DNA from: a virus
Lineage: Duplodnaviria; Caudoviricetes
Virus record (IMG/VR): IMGVR_UViG_2823261200_000003
Location: 13,934 to 77,933 of that record
Strand: one strand, 5' to 3'
DNA: 64,000 bases
Below, one piece after another: positions 1-7,572 of this stretch (position 1 is its first letter; every line of letters starts with the position of its first letter). Made by a program: the position numbers and the translations under genes. Under the pieces are notes generated by a model that was not told the origin of the DNA, ran no database searches, and worked only from the letters and a program-made list of their open reading frames with translations.

Positions 1-769
1 CCCCATATATTTTTTTTGCAAATCCACTGTGTGCATCTGGCTTGTTATTCAACGGATTTGGCAATGCTTTCACATTTTCAGGTTGTGAATAATCATCTTC
101 CCAACGGCGGTTGTTCAGGTATGTTGTCGGATGTAATTTTTCAAAACCGAACTGCCCAAGTGAAAATCGCCTGCGAATATCCAAAACGAGCATATCGGTA
201 AACTCACGAATGGATTTACCTGATGACTTAAACGCGGTGCCAAAACTTTTTAGTGCTTTTGCACGGTTGACTTTAACCAAGCCTGCCTGCCAGAAATCGG
301 CAAAACACAGCTCAAATTCAGATTGCTCAACCGAGCTTTTTTTATTTATTTTTTTATTGTTATTTTGAGTAGTGTTTTTATTGTTATTTTGTGTGTGAAC
401 TTTTTTCACAGGATCTTGTGAACTTTCTTCACAGGTGCTATGAACTTTTTTCACAGGTGAACTTTCTTCACTAGTGAACTTTTTACACAGGTTAGGCGTG
501 AAAACATTCACCCCTCTTGCCCCTTTTTGGCGAGTTAATAACCCGATTTCCGTTAAACGATTGCAGGCATCAATCACTGCTCGGTTACTCAACCCTGTCA
601 CTTCCATTAGTTGGCTAATAGAAATCGCGTCATACTCTTTATTCCAGCCTTTCGTTTTACGCACGATCACTAAGTAACATTTAAGCTCTGATCCCGTTAA
701 ATCACGAATAAGATCATCAACGACCGAATTAGGCAGTTGGAAAGAATTTGGAATAAATTGATTGCTCAT
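1..769 (-). CDS. Phage replication initiator (lambda O-like), 3' end outside window
   Basis: Read by hand from ATG at 769: [44 protein letters not shown]; contains iterons; start overlaps stop of upstream gene. Confidence 0.8.
   Translation of the reverse strand, partial: MSNQFIPNSFQLPNSVVDDLIRDLTGSELKCYLVIVRKTKGWNKEYDAISISQLMEVTGLSNRAVIDACNRLTEIGLLTRQKGARGVNVFTPNLCKKFTSEESSPVKKVHSTCEESSQDPVKKVHTQNNNKNTTQNNNKKINKKSSVEQSEFELCFADFWQAGLVKVNRAKALKSFGTAFKSSGKSIREFTDMLVLDIRRRFSLGQFGFEKLHPTTYLNNRRWEDDYSQPENVKALPNPLNNKPDAHSGFAKKIYG
395..491. repeat. Five ~18-bp iterons (GTGAACTTTYTTCACAGG), putative origin of prophage A
   Basis: Direct repeats at 395, 418, 440, 457 and 474 inside the initiator gene, next to an AT-rich tract (335-390). 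Confidence 0.85.
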
Positions 770-1554
770 AGCCCCACCGCCTTATCTTGTGTAAATTCAC
801 CGTTCCACGTTGCTTTCATTGGCAAATTGCCTTTCACATACCATTCATAGAGCTTTGCCGCCCCTTTCTTTAGCAACACAGGTTTATAAGCGATAAACGG
901 CTCTTTGCCGTGCTGAGCGATTTCTGTAGTTTCCTCCGTGAGATATTGATCTCGGGCATAGGCTTTTACTCGTTTGGCTTTCCCGTCTTGATAAAGCCAA
1001 TTTTTGCCTAACAGAAACTCACCCACTTTTAACGAATTTACCCCGTTCAAGCCTTTCACAAATTCAAATGGCGAAATCCCATTACGGAAATAGCTTTCCA
1101 TTGATTCGATTTGTTCGGATTTTTGCTTGCTTTCTAACAAGGCTTGGTGTTCGCGAACTAATGCGAGTTGTTCACTTTCTTTTGCATCTGCCCAAGCCCG
1201 AGCGGCTGCCACAGGATCGTTAAAATTAGGCAAAAGTGCGGTGTTTTTTTGCTGATTTTCTAGTTCATTTAAACGATCAATAATCTTGGCTCTTAACTCA
1301 ATCCGATAGCCAGAAACTAAAATCATCGTTTCTCGTTTTGGTAAACGAATTTCACTTGTTAAACCTGTTTCAGGATTTTTAACAATAAAAATCCCTTTAA
1401 AATCAAGACTATCCATATTTGGATAGAGTTCATCAAGCATATTACGAATATCACGCATAACGTGAGCGTGTTGTTTTTCACATAATTGAGCAATTTCGCG
1501 ACTGCTCATCGTAATACTTGATTTTTCTGTATTTATCGGTAATAATTCTGTCAT
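766..1554 (-). CDS. Rha-family regulator/antirepressor
   Basis: [22 protein letters not shown] Rha motif; C-terminal domain nearly identical to that of 48621-49439. Confidence 0.85.
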   Translation of the reverse strand: MTELLPINTEKSSITMSSREIAQLCEKQHAHVMRDIRNMLDELYPNMDSLDFKGIFIVKNPETGLTSEIRLPKRETMILVSGYRIELRAKIIDRLNELENQQKNTALLPNFNDPVAAARAWADAKESEQLALVREHQALLESKQKSEQIESMESYFRNGISPFEFVKGLNGVNSLKVGEFLLGKNWLYQDGKAKRVKAYARDQYLTEETTEIAQHGKEPFIAYKPVLLKKGAAKLYEWYVKGNLPMKATWNGEFTQDKAVGL

Positions 1555-1607
1555 CTATGTAGCTCCTTATAGCTCTTAATTGCCACCGCGGCAACGGTGG
1601 TTTTTTA

Positions 1608-1636
1608 TTGCTTAAAATTTACTTTTTTCTTACAAT
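1608..1636 (+). promoter_or_regulatory. Sigma70 promoter of the 1668-2075 moron
   Basis: TTGCTT-17-TACAAT. Confidence 0.65.
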
Positions 1637-1667
1637 CCGAATTATTTTTGCAGATAGTAGGTTCGCT

Positions 1668-2075
1668 ATGGATATTTCCCCTATTTTCACGTCTGTCAAA
1701 ACTACTCTTGATTTGCTCTCTGGTCTTGAAAGCAACGCTGTCTTGAATGAGAGAGTTGCTTTGCTCAAGGATCAAATTGAAATACTCAGATATGCTCACG
1801 AAACGGCTCAAAAAGAACTGTCCGAATATAAAGAAAAGTGTGCCGCACTTGAGAATGAAATAGCGAGTTATCGCCAAGCTGAACAATTTATCTTTGAACA
1901 TGGTGCGGCGTTTAAAAAAACCTCTAGCGGGTACATCGAAGCGGTTTATTGCCCAAACTGTCTCACGGTCGCAGGAGGAAGTTTCAGCACATTCCCGTTT
2001 CAGTGTGGAAAATGTAAGTGGCGAAGCATGTTTAAGGTTTCTGAATTTAAAGGCATCTTTAAATCTCTGCCGTAA
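1668..2075 (+). CDS. Moron: coiled-coil plus C-terminal Zn-ribbon protein
   Basis: Opposite strand to the early operon, own promoter, CPNC...CGKC motif; absent from the same position in prophage B. Confidence 0.75.
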   Translation: MDISPIFTSVKTTLDLLSGLESNAVLNERVALLKDQIEILRYAHETAQKELSEYKEKCAALENEIASYRQAEQFIFEHGAAFKKTSSGYIEAVYCPNCLTVAGGSFSTFPFQCGKCKWRSMFKVSEFKGIFKSLP

Positions 2076-2092
2076 GCTCATTTTCTATCTCC

Positions 2093-2533
2093 CTATTGCT
2101 TATGAATAGCAATCGCCACTTCGATCGCTTTTGCCGTGGTCTGTTGTGATTTGTGCAATAACTTATGCAACACATCTTGCTCTTCCTGCGTCAGTACGCC
2201 GTCGCTCAAAAACTCGTTGAGCTTGGCAAATAAAATCCCACGCTCTGCCAGTTCTTGCAGTTGTAACTGCGATAGCTCGACTAAGTCAGTTTCGTTTTCG
2301 TTCGGTACAGCAAAACTCACCTTGCCTAAACGCCGATTGATTTCATCCGACCAATTACTTACGCCATATTCAAGCTCAATGGCAATCAATTCTTCGCAGG
2401 TGAAACGCTGTCCTTTCGTTTGATAAAGGCGGTTATTCAATGCCTGCTCTGTCATACCAAGAAAGCCCGCAACGGCTGCTTTTCCACCTTGGCACTTTTC
2501 TATCATTTCAATAATCGTTTTCTTCATTGCCAT
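2093..2533 (-). CDS. CII-like / YmfL-family regulator
   Basis: HTH-like N-terminus, located directly after cro; identical protein at 50178-50618. Confidence 0.75.
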   Translation of the reverse strand: MAMKKTIIEMIEKCQGGKAAVAGFLGMTEQALNNRLYQTKGQRFTCEELIAIELEYGVSNWSDEINRRLGKVSFAVPNENETDLVELSQLQLQELAERGILFAKLNEFLSDGVLTQEEQDVLHKLLHKSQQTTAKAIEVAIAIHKQ

Positions 2534-2581
2534 AAATTCCTTGTGGATTTTGTGGTTTTGTTTTTGGGTGGAGGTGGTAAA

Positions 2582-2809
2582 TTACTTTGCAACTAACTCG
2601 GGCCATCTCGTTTCCCAATCTGGGATTAAGTCTTGCCGTGTTACAAAATGATCTGAGTGCTGTTCAATAAGCACGCATAACTCAGCTCCAAGACGTGTGT
2701 TTTTTGAGATGGCTTTGCGTAAATAATTAACCGTCGTGTTACAGCGAGTCGCAAATTCAATTTGCTCGTGCTTTGATAATGTATTTAGGTATTTCTTTAG
2801 CTTTTCCAT
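2582..2809 (-). CDS. cro: Cro-like repressor (YdaS type)
   Basis: 75-aa HTH divergent from cI, VTRQDLIPDW tail. Confidence 0.85.
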   Translation of the reverse strand: MEKLKKYLNTLSKHEQIEFATRCNTTVNYLRKAISKNTRLGAELCVLIEQHSDHFVTRQDLIPDWETRWPELVAK

Positions 2810-2843
2810 AAATGATCTTCAGGTGATGAAAATAGCCAAATAA

Positions 2844-2895
2844 TACCTAATGGTAAAAATAAAATCAATACCTTTTGGTTGTTTACCTTGTGGTA
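2844..2895. promoter_or_regulatory. OR operators of prophage A (TACC-N4-GGTA x3)
   Basis: TACCTAATGGTA 2844, TACCTTTTGGTT 2869, TACCTTGTGGTA 2884; same motif recurs at pL. Confidence 0.8.
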
Positions 2896-2933
2896 ATTGA
2901 TATTAAAATGCAAGTTATTTTAAGGAGCTTTAA

Positions 2934-3617
2934 ATGGATAAAAGAGAACACCGAAGACAAAAACTTCAAGAGCTGATTAATGATGTTGCAAATGGCACTG
3001 TATCTGAATTTGCTAAGTTAGTAGGAAAAGAGCCGAGCTATATCTCTAGAATGCTTTATCCTGCCGATAAACCTCAGGCTAAGCCTATTGGGGAAAAAAT
3101 GATTAGCCATATTTGCAATGCATTAAATATTCCTACTAATTGGTTTGATAGCGATGACAAATTACCTCAAATACAGTCTTCTAAATATCAGATCGAATTG
3201 TTATCTGATATAGAGGCAAGTGCTGGTTATGGAGTTGTAGGCGGAGATACTTATAGTGCGGTTGAGTTAATCCAATTTTCTGAAGAACAATACACAATGC
3301 TTTTCAGTAATATCCGCTCTGAATATATAAAAATTGTTAATGTGCGGGGCGATAGTATGAGTCCAACATTCGAAAGCGGAGATTTGCTTTATGTTGATAC
3401 TCGGATCAGGCATTATGACGGTGATGGTATTTATATTTTCATTTATTCAGGCTATCGACACGTCAAACGCTTGCAAATGGCAGGCTCAAAATTACTCGTG
3501 CTTTCCGATAATAAAGCGTATAAAGAATGGGAAATCAATCGGTCAAATGAAGATGAATTTTTCATAGAGGGAAAAGTAATGGTTTCTCAATCTCAAGCAA
3601 TTAAACGATTTGGATAA
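2934..3617 (+). CDS. cI: CI repressor (HTH + S24 autopeptidase)
   Basis: ASAG cleavage site, VRGDSMSP catalytic Ser, VKRL catalytic Lys. Confidence 0.95.
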   Translation: MDKREHRRQKLQELINDVANGTVSEFAKLVGKEPSYISRMLYPADKPQAKPIGEKMISHICNALNIPTNWFDSDDKLPQIQSSKYQIELLSDIEASAGYGVVGGDTYSAVELIQFSEEQYTMLFSNIRSEYIKIVNVRGDSMSPTFESGDLLYVDTRIRHYDGDGIYIFIYSGYRHVKRLQMAGSKLLVLSDNKAYKEWEINRSNEDEFFIEGKVMVSQSQAIKRFG

Positions 3618-3731
3618 CTTTAAGTAAGTCTGGCGTAGCGGTTGAGCATAGGAGTTATTTGTAGCAAGACGGAAGTTGAATTTTAGTAGCCAAATAAAGC
3701 TAATTAGTTTTAATTTGATAGGGATTAAATA

Positions 3732-4094
3732 ATGACAGAAACAAATATTGAAAAAGTAAAAGCACTTTTATTACAAGAACAAAGAGGAAAGATTAACAAA
3801 GAGGAGATCATTGAAGAAATTGCAATGGGGAGAAATCCATTATTAACGGCGAATGATATTGCTAATAGGCTTAGTATACCGATTGAGGTATTTCATCAAT
3901 GGGTGAAAAATGCTGATCAAAACTATCAAATTCCAGCTAATTCTTTGGTTGGTATGGCTAGAAATACAATCATCAACAGCACATTAAATCGAACAGAAAC
4001 TAATAAATTTGCTAAACCCGATTTCTACATCGGAAATTATCCAAGATGGACGTTAGATACTTTTAAAACTTGGTTAAGAGCAAATTTGAAATGA
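3732..4094 (+). CDS. AlpA/Xis-like winged-helix protein with internal insertion
   Basis: LLTANDIANRLSI...FAKPDFYIGNYPRWTLDTFKTWL; homologue at 51833. Confidence 0.7.
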   Translation: MTETNIEKVKALLLQEQRGKINKEEIIEEIAMGRNPLLTANDIANRLSIPIEVFHQWVKNADQNYQIPANSLVGMARNTIINSTLNRTETNKFAKPDFYIGNYPRWTLDTFKTWLRANLK

Positions 4095-4198
4095 AAAAGG
4101 CAAGGATTAACCTTGCCTTATTAGATAGGATAAACCTATCGACACTTTAACAAAAGACACTCAGGTATAACCCTAAGGCTTCGGGACGTAGCCATCAA
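4094..4198 (-). ncRNA. Candidate structured ncRNA (RNA antitoxin/regulator of the HEPN Abi)
   Basis: Promoter TTGACC-17-TAGTAT, CCCGAAGCCT core, two hairpins, terminator AAGGCAAGG-N5-CCTTGCCTT-TTT; same layout at 52227-52332. Confidence 0.7.
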
Positions 4199-4203
4199 AG
4201 CGA

Positions 4204-4232
4204 ATACTACTAAAAATAATAATACAGGTCAA
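4204..4232 (-). promoter_or_regulatory. Promoter of the candidate ncRNA
   Basis: -35 TTGACC (4232-4227), 17-bp spacer, -10 TAGTAT (4209-4204). Confidence 0.7.
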
Positions 4233-4241
4233 GTAATAAAA

Positions 4242-5054
4242 ATGTTATTATTACAGCAAATAGATGCAATATCATTGAGTCGCCTAACTCCTTATAAGAA
4301 TTTATGCACATCAAACAACAAATTGGAAGAATACAAACTTGCAACTTGCGTATATCTTTCTTTGCAACACCGCACAGGAATATTTTTTTCACTCATACAA
4401 GAGCTTGAAGTTGCAATTAGAAATGAAATGAGCAAAATTTTGAAAAATCATGTCGCACCTAACAAAGATCTGTTAGCTTACTTTTGTTTTTTAGCTTGTG
4501 ATAATCAAAGTCAGCTTTTAACAGAGAGTAAACGAAATCTAAAGCTTGGGATTGCTAGCCTCCTTAATTTACGGATAAACCAAATTACAAATGCTAGAAC
4601 AACAGAAAGAACACTAAAAAATAGAAGATTAAATGAAAATGATCTTATTGCAGCTATAACATTTGGTTTTTGGGTACATTTACTTAACGATGATATAAAT
4701 AAAAATCCTCATTTTCTTTACTGGTCTAATATTTTTTCTCCGCTACTTTTTGGGGGGAGATTTAACTCAACTGTAGATATTTTTAAATCATTGAGAACAA
4801 TATTAGCCTTTCGCAATAAGCTATATCACCAAGAACCAGTATGGAAGAAGCGTAATGTCAATACTCCGCACAAAGCACTCTCTGAGCTTCAGAGGAAATA
4901 TCAACTATTTCTTACTTATTTAAGTAAGATAGCCCCATATAGAATCAAACTAAGAGAAAAGGCTACACTTCAAAAATGGTTAGATGAGCTTAATTTCAAT
5001 CCAGAAGTATTTGATTCAGAAATAGATAAATTAAAAGCACAATCATTCATTTAA
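4242..5054 (+). CDS. Abi-like (AbiF/AbiD, Abi_2-related) HEPN RNase
   Basis: ISLSRLTPY, ELEVAIRN, ITFGFW and the RxxxxH motif RNKLYH-QEP. Confidence 0.85.
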   Translation: MLLLQQIDAISLSRLTPYKNLCTSNNKLEEYKLATCVYLSLQHRTGIFFSLIQELEVAIRNEMSKILKNHVAPNKDLLAYFCFLACDNQSQLLTESKRNLKLGIASLLNLRINQITNARTTERTLKNRRLNENDLIAAITFGFWVHLLNDDINKNPHFLYWSNIFSPLLFGGRFNSTVDIFKSLRTILAFRNKLYHQEPVWKKRNVNTPHKALSELQRKYQLFLTYLSKIAPYRIKLREKATLQKWLDELNFNPEVFDSEIDKLKAQSFI

Positions 5055-5281
5055 TATATCCTAGTTACCTAATCCACCTCCGCCCTAGTGGCGATTTTCT
5101 TTTACCTAAAATGCCCCCCTCACTCATTAAACTCATTCCTTTTATCTAAAAAATCTACAAAACTACCCCATTACCATTCCTTTACTACTCAAAAAACAAG
5201 CAATCAAACAAATTTTTTCAAATTATTTTTCTTTATAAATCAATAGCTAATTATGAAAGGTGTTATTTTTATAAAAATATT

Positions 5282-5322
5282 TACCTAAAGGTATTTACAA
5301 TTAAAATACCTTTAGGTAATAT
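5282..5322 (+). promoter_or_regulatory. pL promoter with two OL operators (prophage A)
   Basis: TTTACA-17-TAATAT overlapped by TACCTAAAGGTA and TACCTTTAGGTA. Confidence 0.8.
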
Positions 5323-5350
5323 ACACCCATCAAAACGAAACAACGTTTAA

Positions 5351-5363
5351 TGCTCTTTAACAA
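5351..5363 (+). promoter_or_regulatory. boxA antitermination site
   Basis: TGCTCTTTAACAA consensus, followed by hairpin AAGCCCTG-CGGTAA-CAGGGCTT. Confidence 0.8.
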
Positions 5364-5591
5364 TCAAGATGAAATAAAAAGCCCTGCGGTAACAGGGCTT
5401 GGATAATTAAACTTCGCGAACAGGTGTTTGTCGGTTAGTGTCCATAACAAGCCCGATACAATGTAAGCAGTTTTGTTTGGTCGTATAACCTTCACTTTGA
5501 GCTATAGGTTCGTGATTGGCGGCTTTTAGTCGCCAATACCACTGACCATTAACACCTTTGAAAATTTCAAAATACATAGAGGTAACTCCTT

Positions 5592-5813
5592 ATGCAAAAC
5601 GAAATGAAACGCTATGCAATTTCTTACTTCTTCAAAGGAAAGAAGTGGTGTTCAGATGTCTACGCCAACTCATTTGAAGAAGCACAAGAAAAAGTCAAAG
5701 CAATGTCCCAAGCAACTATTGATGGTGAGCTTTACTGTTCAATATATGTTCCAGTCAAGCCACAATCACGCATTGCAAGGTTGCTTTTAAAGCTACTACA
5801 TAAATTTAGCTAA
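5592..5813 (+). CDS. Conserved phage hypothetical protein (first pL gene)
   Basis: GAGG RBS; identical protein at 53592. Confidence 0.75.
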   Translation: MQNEMKRYAISYFFKGKKWCSDVYANSFEEAQEKVKAMSQATIDGELYCSIYVPVKPQSRIARLLLKLLHKFS

Positions 5814-5837
5814 TTCAATATTTCATCTTGGTGATGA

Positions 5838-5850
5838 TGCTCTTTAACAA
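5838..5850 (+). promoter_or_regulatory. Second boxA site
   Basis: TGCTCTTTAACAA; also at 53838; homology between the two phages ends just after it. Confidence 0.8.
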
Positions 5851-5857
5851 TTTAGAA

Positions 5858-5930
5858 CCCACTCCCCTTTTTACAAAAGGAAGCCGAAAGGTTGGCAAGT
5901 CTGTGCCAGTGGGGCTGAGGCAAACAGGCT
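5858..5930 (+). ncRNA. Candidate multi-stem RNA with pseudoknot
   Basis: CCCACT/AGTGGG closing stem encloses three hairpins (one with a GAAA loop); loop AGTCTG can pair with downstream CAGGCT. Confidence 0.45.
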
Positions 5931-6054
5931 TATTTATTCAATGCCGTATTTACGGAGAACCAAGGCAGCAGAACCGAGAGGAATGCAATGCAAAGAATCA
6001 ACCGTGATACCGAGCCGAGATGAACGTTAGACAAGTGCGGCATTGAATAAATAA
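5930..6054 (+). repeat. Long inverted repeat (17 bp perfect, 22 bp with G-U) enclosing ~80 nt
   Basis: TTATTTATTCAATGCCG ... CGGCATTGAATAAATAA. Confidence 0.85.
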
Positions 6055-6069
6055 CAACAACGGAGGTGA

Positions 6070-6387
6070 ATGATGAATATCGTCATTGAACGTAACCCAG
6101 TGAGCAAAAAATACTGCGAAAAGGCAGAAATTCGCTCAATGGGCAAGGCTGGCAGATTAGCAAGAATGTTTGCCAAATCTCGCCAGAAAAAAATCAAAAC
6201 GGGAAAACCTGACCGAATTAAGACCGCACTTGTAATGTTGCCGATTCCGTCAAAATCCCAAATTGAAAAAGCGGCGGCTCAATTTCAAGCCGTCAAACCG
6301 AATTACCACAAAGGCGAAATCGGCGTAAATACCGTGCGGGCCACACAAAAAATCCGCCGTGGTTGTCAGGAGTTAATGAGGATTTAG
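6070..6387 (+). CDS. Basic hypothetical phage protein
   Basis: GGAGG RBS; K/R-rich. Confidence 0.7.
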   Translation: MMNIVIERNPVSKKYCEKAEIRSMGKAGRLARMFAKSRQKKIKTGKPDRIKTALVMLPIPSKSQIEKAAAQFQAVKPNYHKGEIGVNTVRATQKIRRGCQELMRI

Positions 6388-6390
6388 ACG

Positions 6391-6648
6391 ATGAAAAATA
6401 AAATTACTGATTTAAACAACCATCTTTTTAGTCAATTAGAAAAATTGTTAGATGAAGATTTAACAGATGAAGAATTAAAAAGGGAAATTGCTAGAGCGAA
6501 TGCGGTATCTGGTATTGCATCGAATATCATTCAAAATTCTAATACAGCCATTAAAGCAATGCAGCTTTTCGGTGACCGCACTATTGAGGCAGATGCACCC
6601 GATTTTTTAAGAATATCAAAGGCACAAAATGACAAAAAAACGCTTTAG
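6391..6648 (+). CDS. Conserved phage protein (partner of the following HNH-like gene)
   Basis: MKNKITDLNNHLFSQLEKL motif; overlaps the next gene. Confidence 0.75.
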   Translation: MKNKITDLNNHLFSQLEKLLDEDLTDEELKREIARANAVSGIASNIIQNSNTAIKAMQLFGDRTIEADAPDFLRISKAQNDKKTL

Positions 6649-7336
6649 GTTTACTGATGAACATATTGCTTTTATCCGTGAACATAAAGATTTAGCTCCT
6701 AAAGATCTCATTCAGGCCTTTTATCAACAATTTGGTTTGCTAAAGAATAGGCAGGTTTTTAGAAAGCTAAAAAAACGATTAGGAATTATCTCAACGGTTC
6801 AACATTGCAATCGATATACCAAAGAAGAGTTAGCCTTTATCAAAGAAAATTGCACTTTACCGCAAGCGGAATTAACCAAACTATTTAATCAAAAGTTTAA
6901 CCGTAATCAGACCGCACAAGTAATTAGGGTACTGTGTGCTAAAAGAGGTTGGCTGACTGGTAGAAATGGGCGATTTAAAAAAGGAGAACATTTAAAGCCT
7001 ATTGGTTACGAGCGATTTTGCCCTATGGCAAAAGCCGTGTTGATAAAAACAGGAGTTAAGCGTTATGAAAGAAAATCACGTGTTATCTGGGAGCAAGCCT
7101 TTGGCAAAATCCCTCAAGGATTTGTTTTGTGGTTTAAAGACGGCAATATTCAAAATTGTGAGTTATCTAATTTAGAACTAATCAGTCGTAATGAAATGCT
7201 ATGGCGACATAAGCTGAATTACCACGAATTAGACAGCAGTGTGAAACAAACTTTTAATGTGTTTATTCAACTACGAGAAAAATTGATAAAACTCAAAAAG
7301 CAACAGCAACAAAAGGACCGCATAGCAAAAGGATAA
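6629..7336 (+). CDS. HNH-like protein with two N-terminal helical repeats
   Basis: IWEQAFGKIPQGFVLWFKDGNIQNCELSNLELISRNE; repeats FTDEHIAFIREH / YTKEELAFIKEN. Confidence 0.75.
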   Translation: MTKKRFRFTDEHIAFIREHKDLAPKDLIQAFYQQFGLLKNRQVFRKLKKRLGIISTVQHCNRYTKEELAFIKENCTLPQAELTKLFNQKFNRNQTAQVIRVLCAKRGWLTGRNGRFKKGEHLKPIGYERFCPMAKAVLIKTGVKRYERKSRVIWEQAFGKIPQGFVLWFKDGNIQNCELSNLELISRNEMLWRHKLNYHELDSSVKQTFNVFIQLREKLIKLKKQQQQKDRIAKG

Positions 7337-7391
7337 GCTAAGGTGCTGTCACCACCTGAGATTGTAGGTTCAAGTCCTACTGCGGTCGCCA
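7316..7391 (+). tRNA. tRNA-Asp(GTC), atypical D arm
   Basis: Acceptor GACCGCA/TGCGGTC, G discriminator, encoded CCA, anticodon arm AGGTG-CTGTCAC-CACCT, T arm GTAGG-TTCAAGT-CCTAC. Confidence 0.75.
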
Positions 7392-7572
7392 ATTTATCAC
7401 AAGGCACACTGAGTCATTATCTACGGATTATTTTAGACCAATCTTCTTGCCGTAGTTAGTGTGCCTTGTCATAACTTTCATTCAAAACCGCATTCTTAGC
7501 CGCTCGTTTTTAGTCTTTTTCATCGTGGCTTTGCGTGCGGTTCTGAATGAGATGAGAAATAGGAGAAACGCA

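Noticed and set aside
1605-2081. 158-aa minus-strand ORF
   Set aside because: Lies entirely antisense to the moron that has a promoter and Zn-ribbon motifs; no recognisable features
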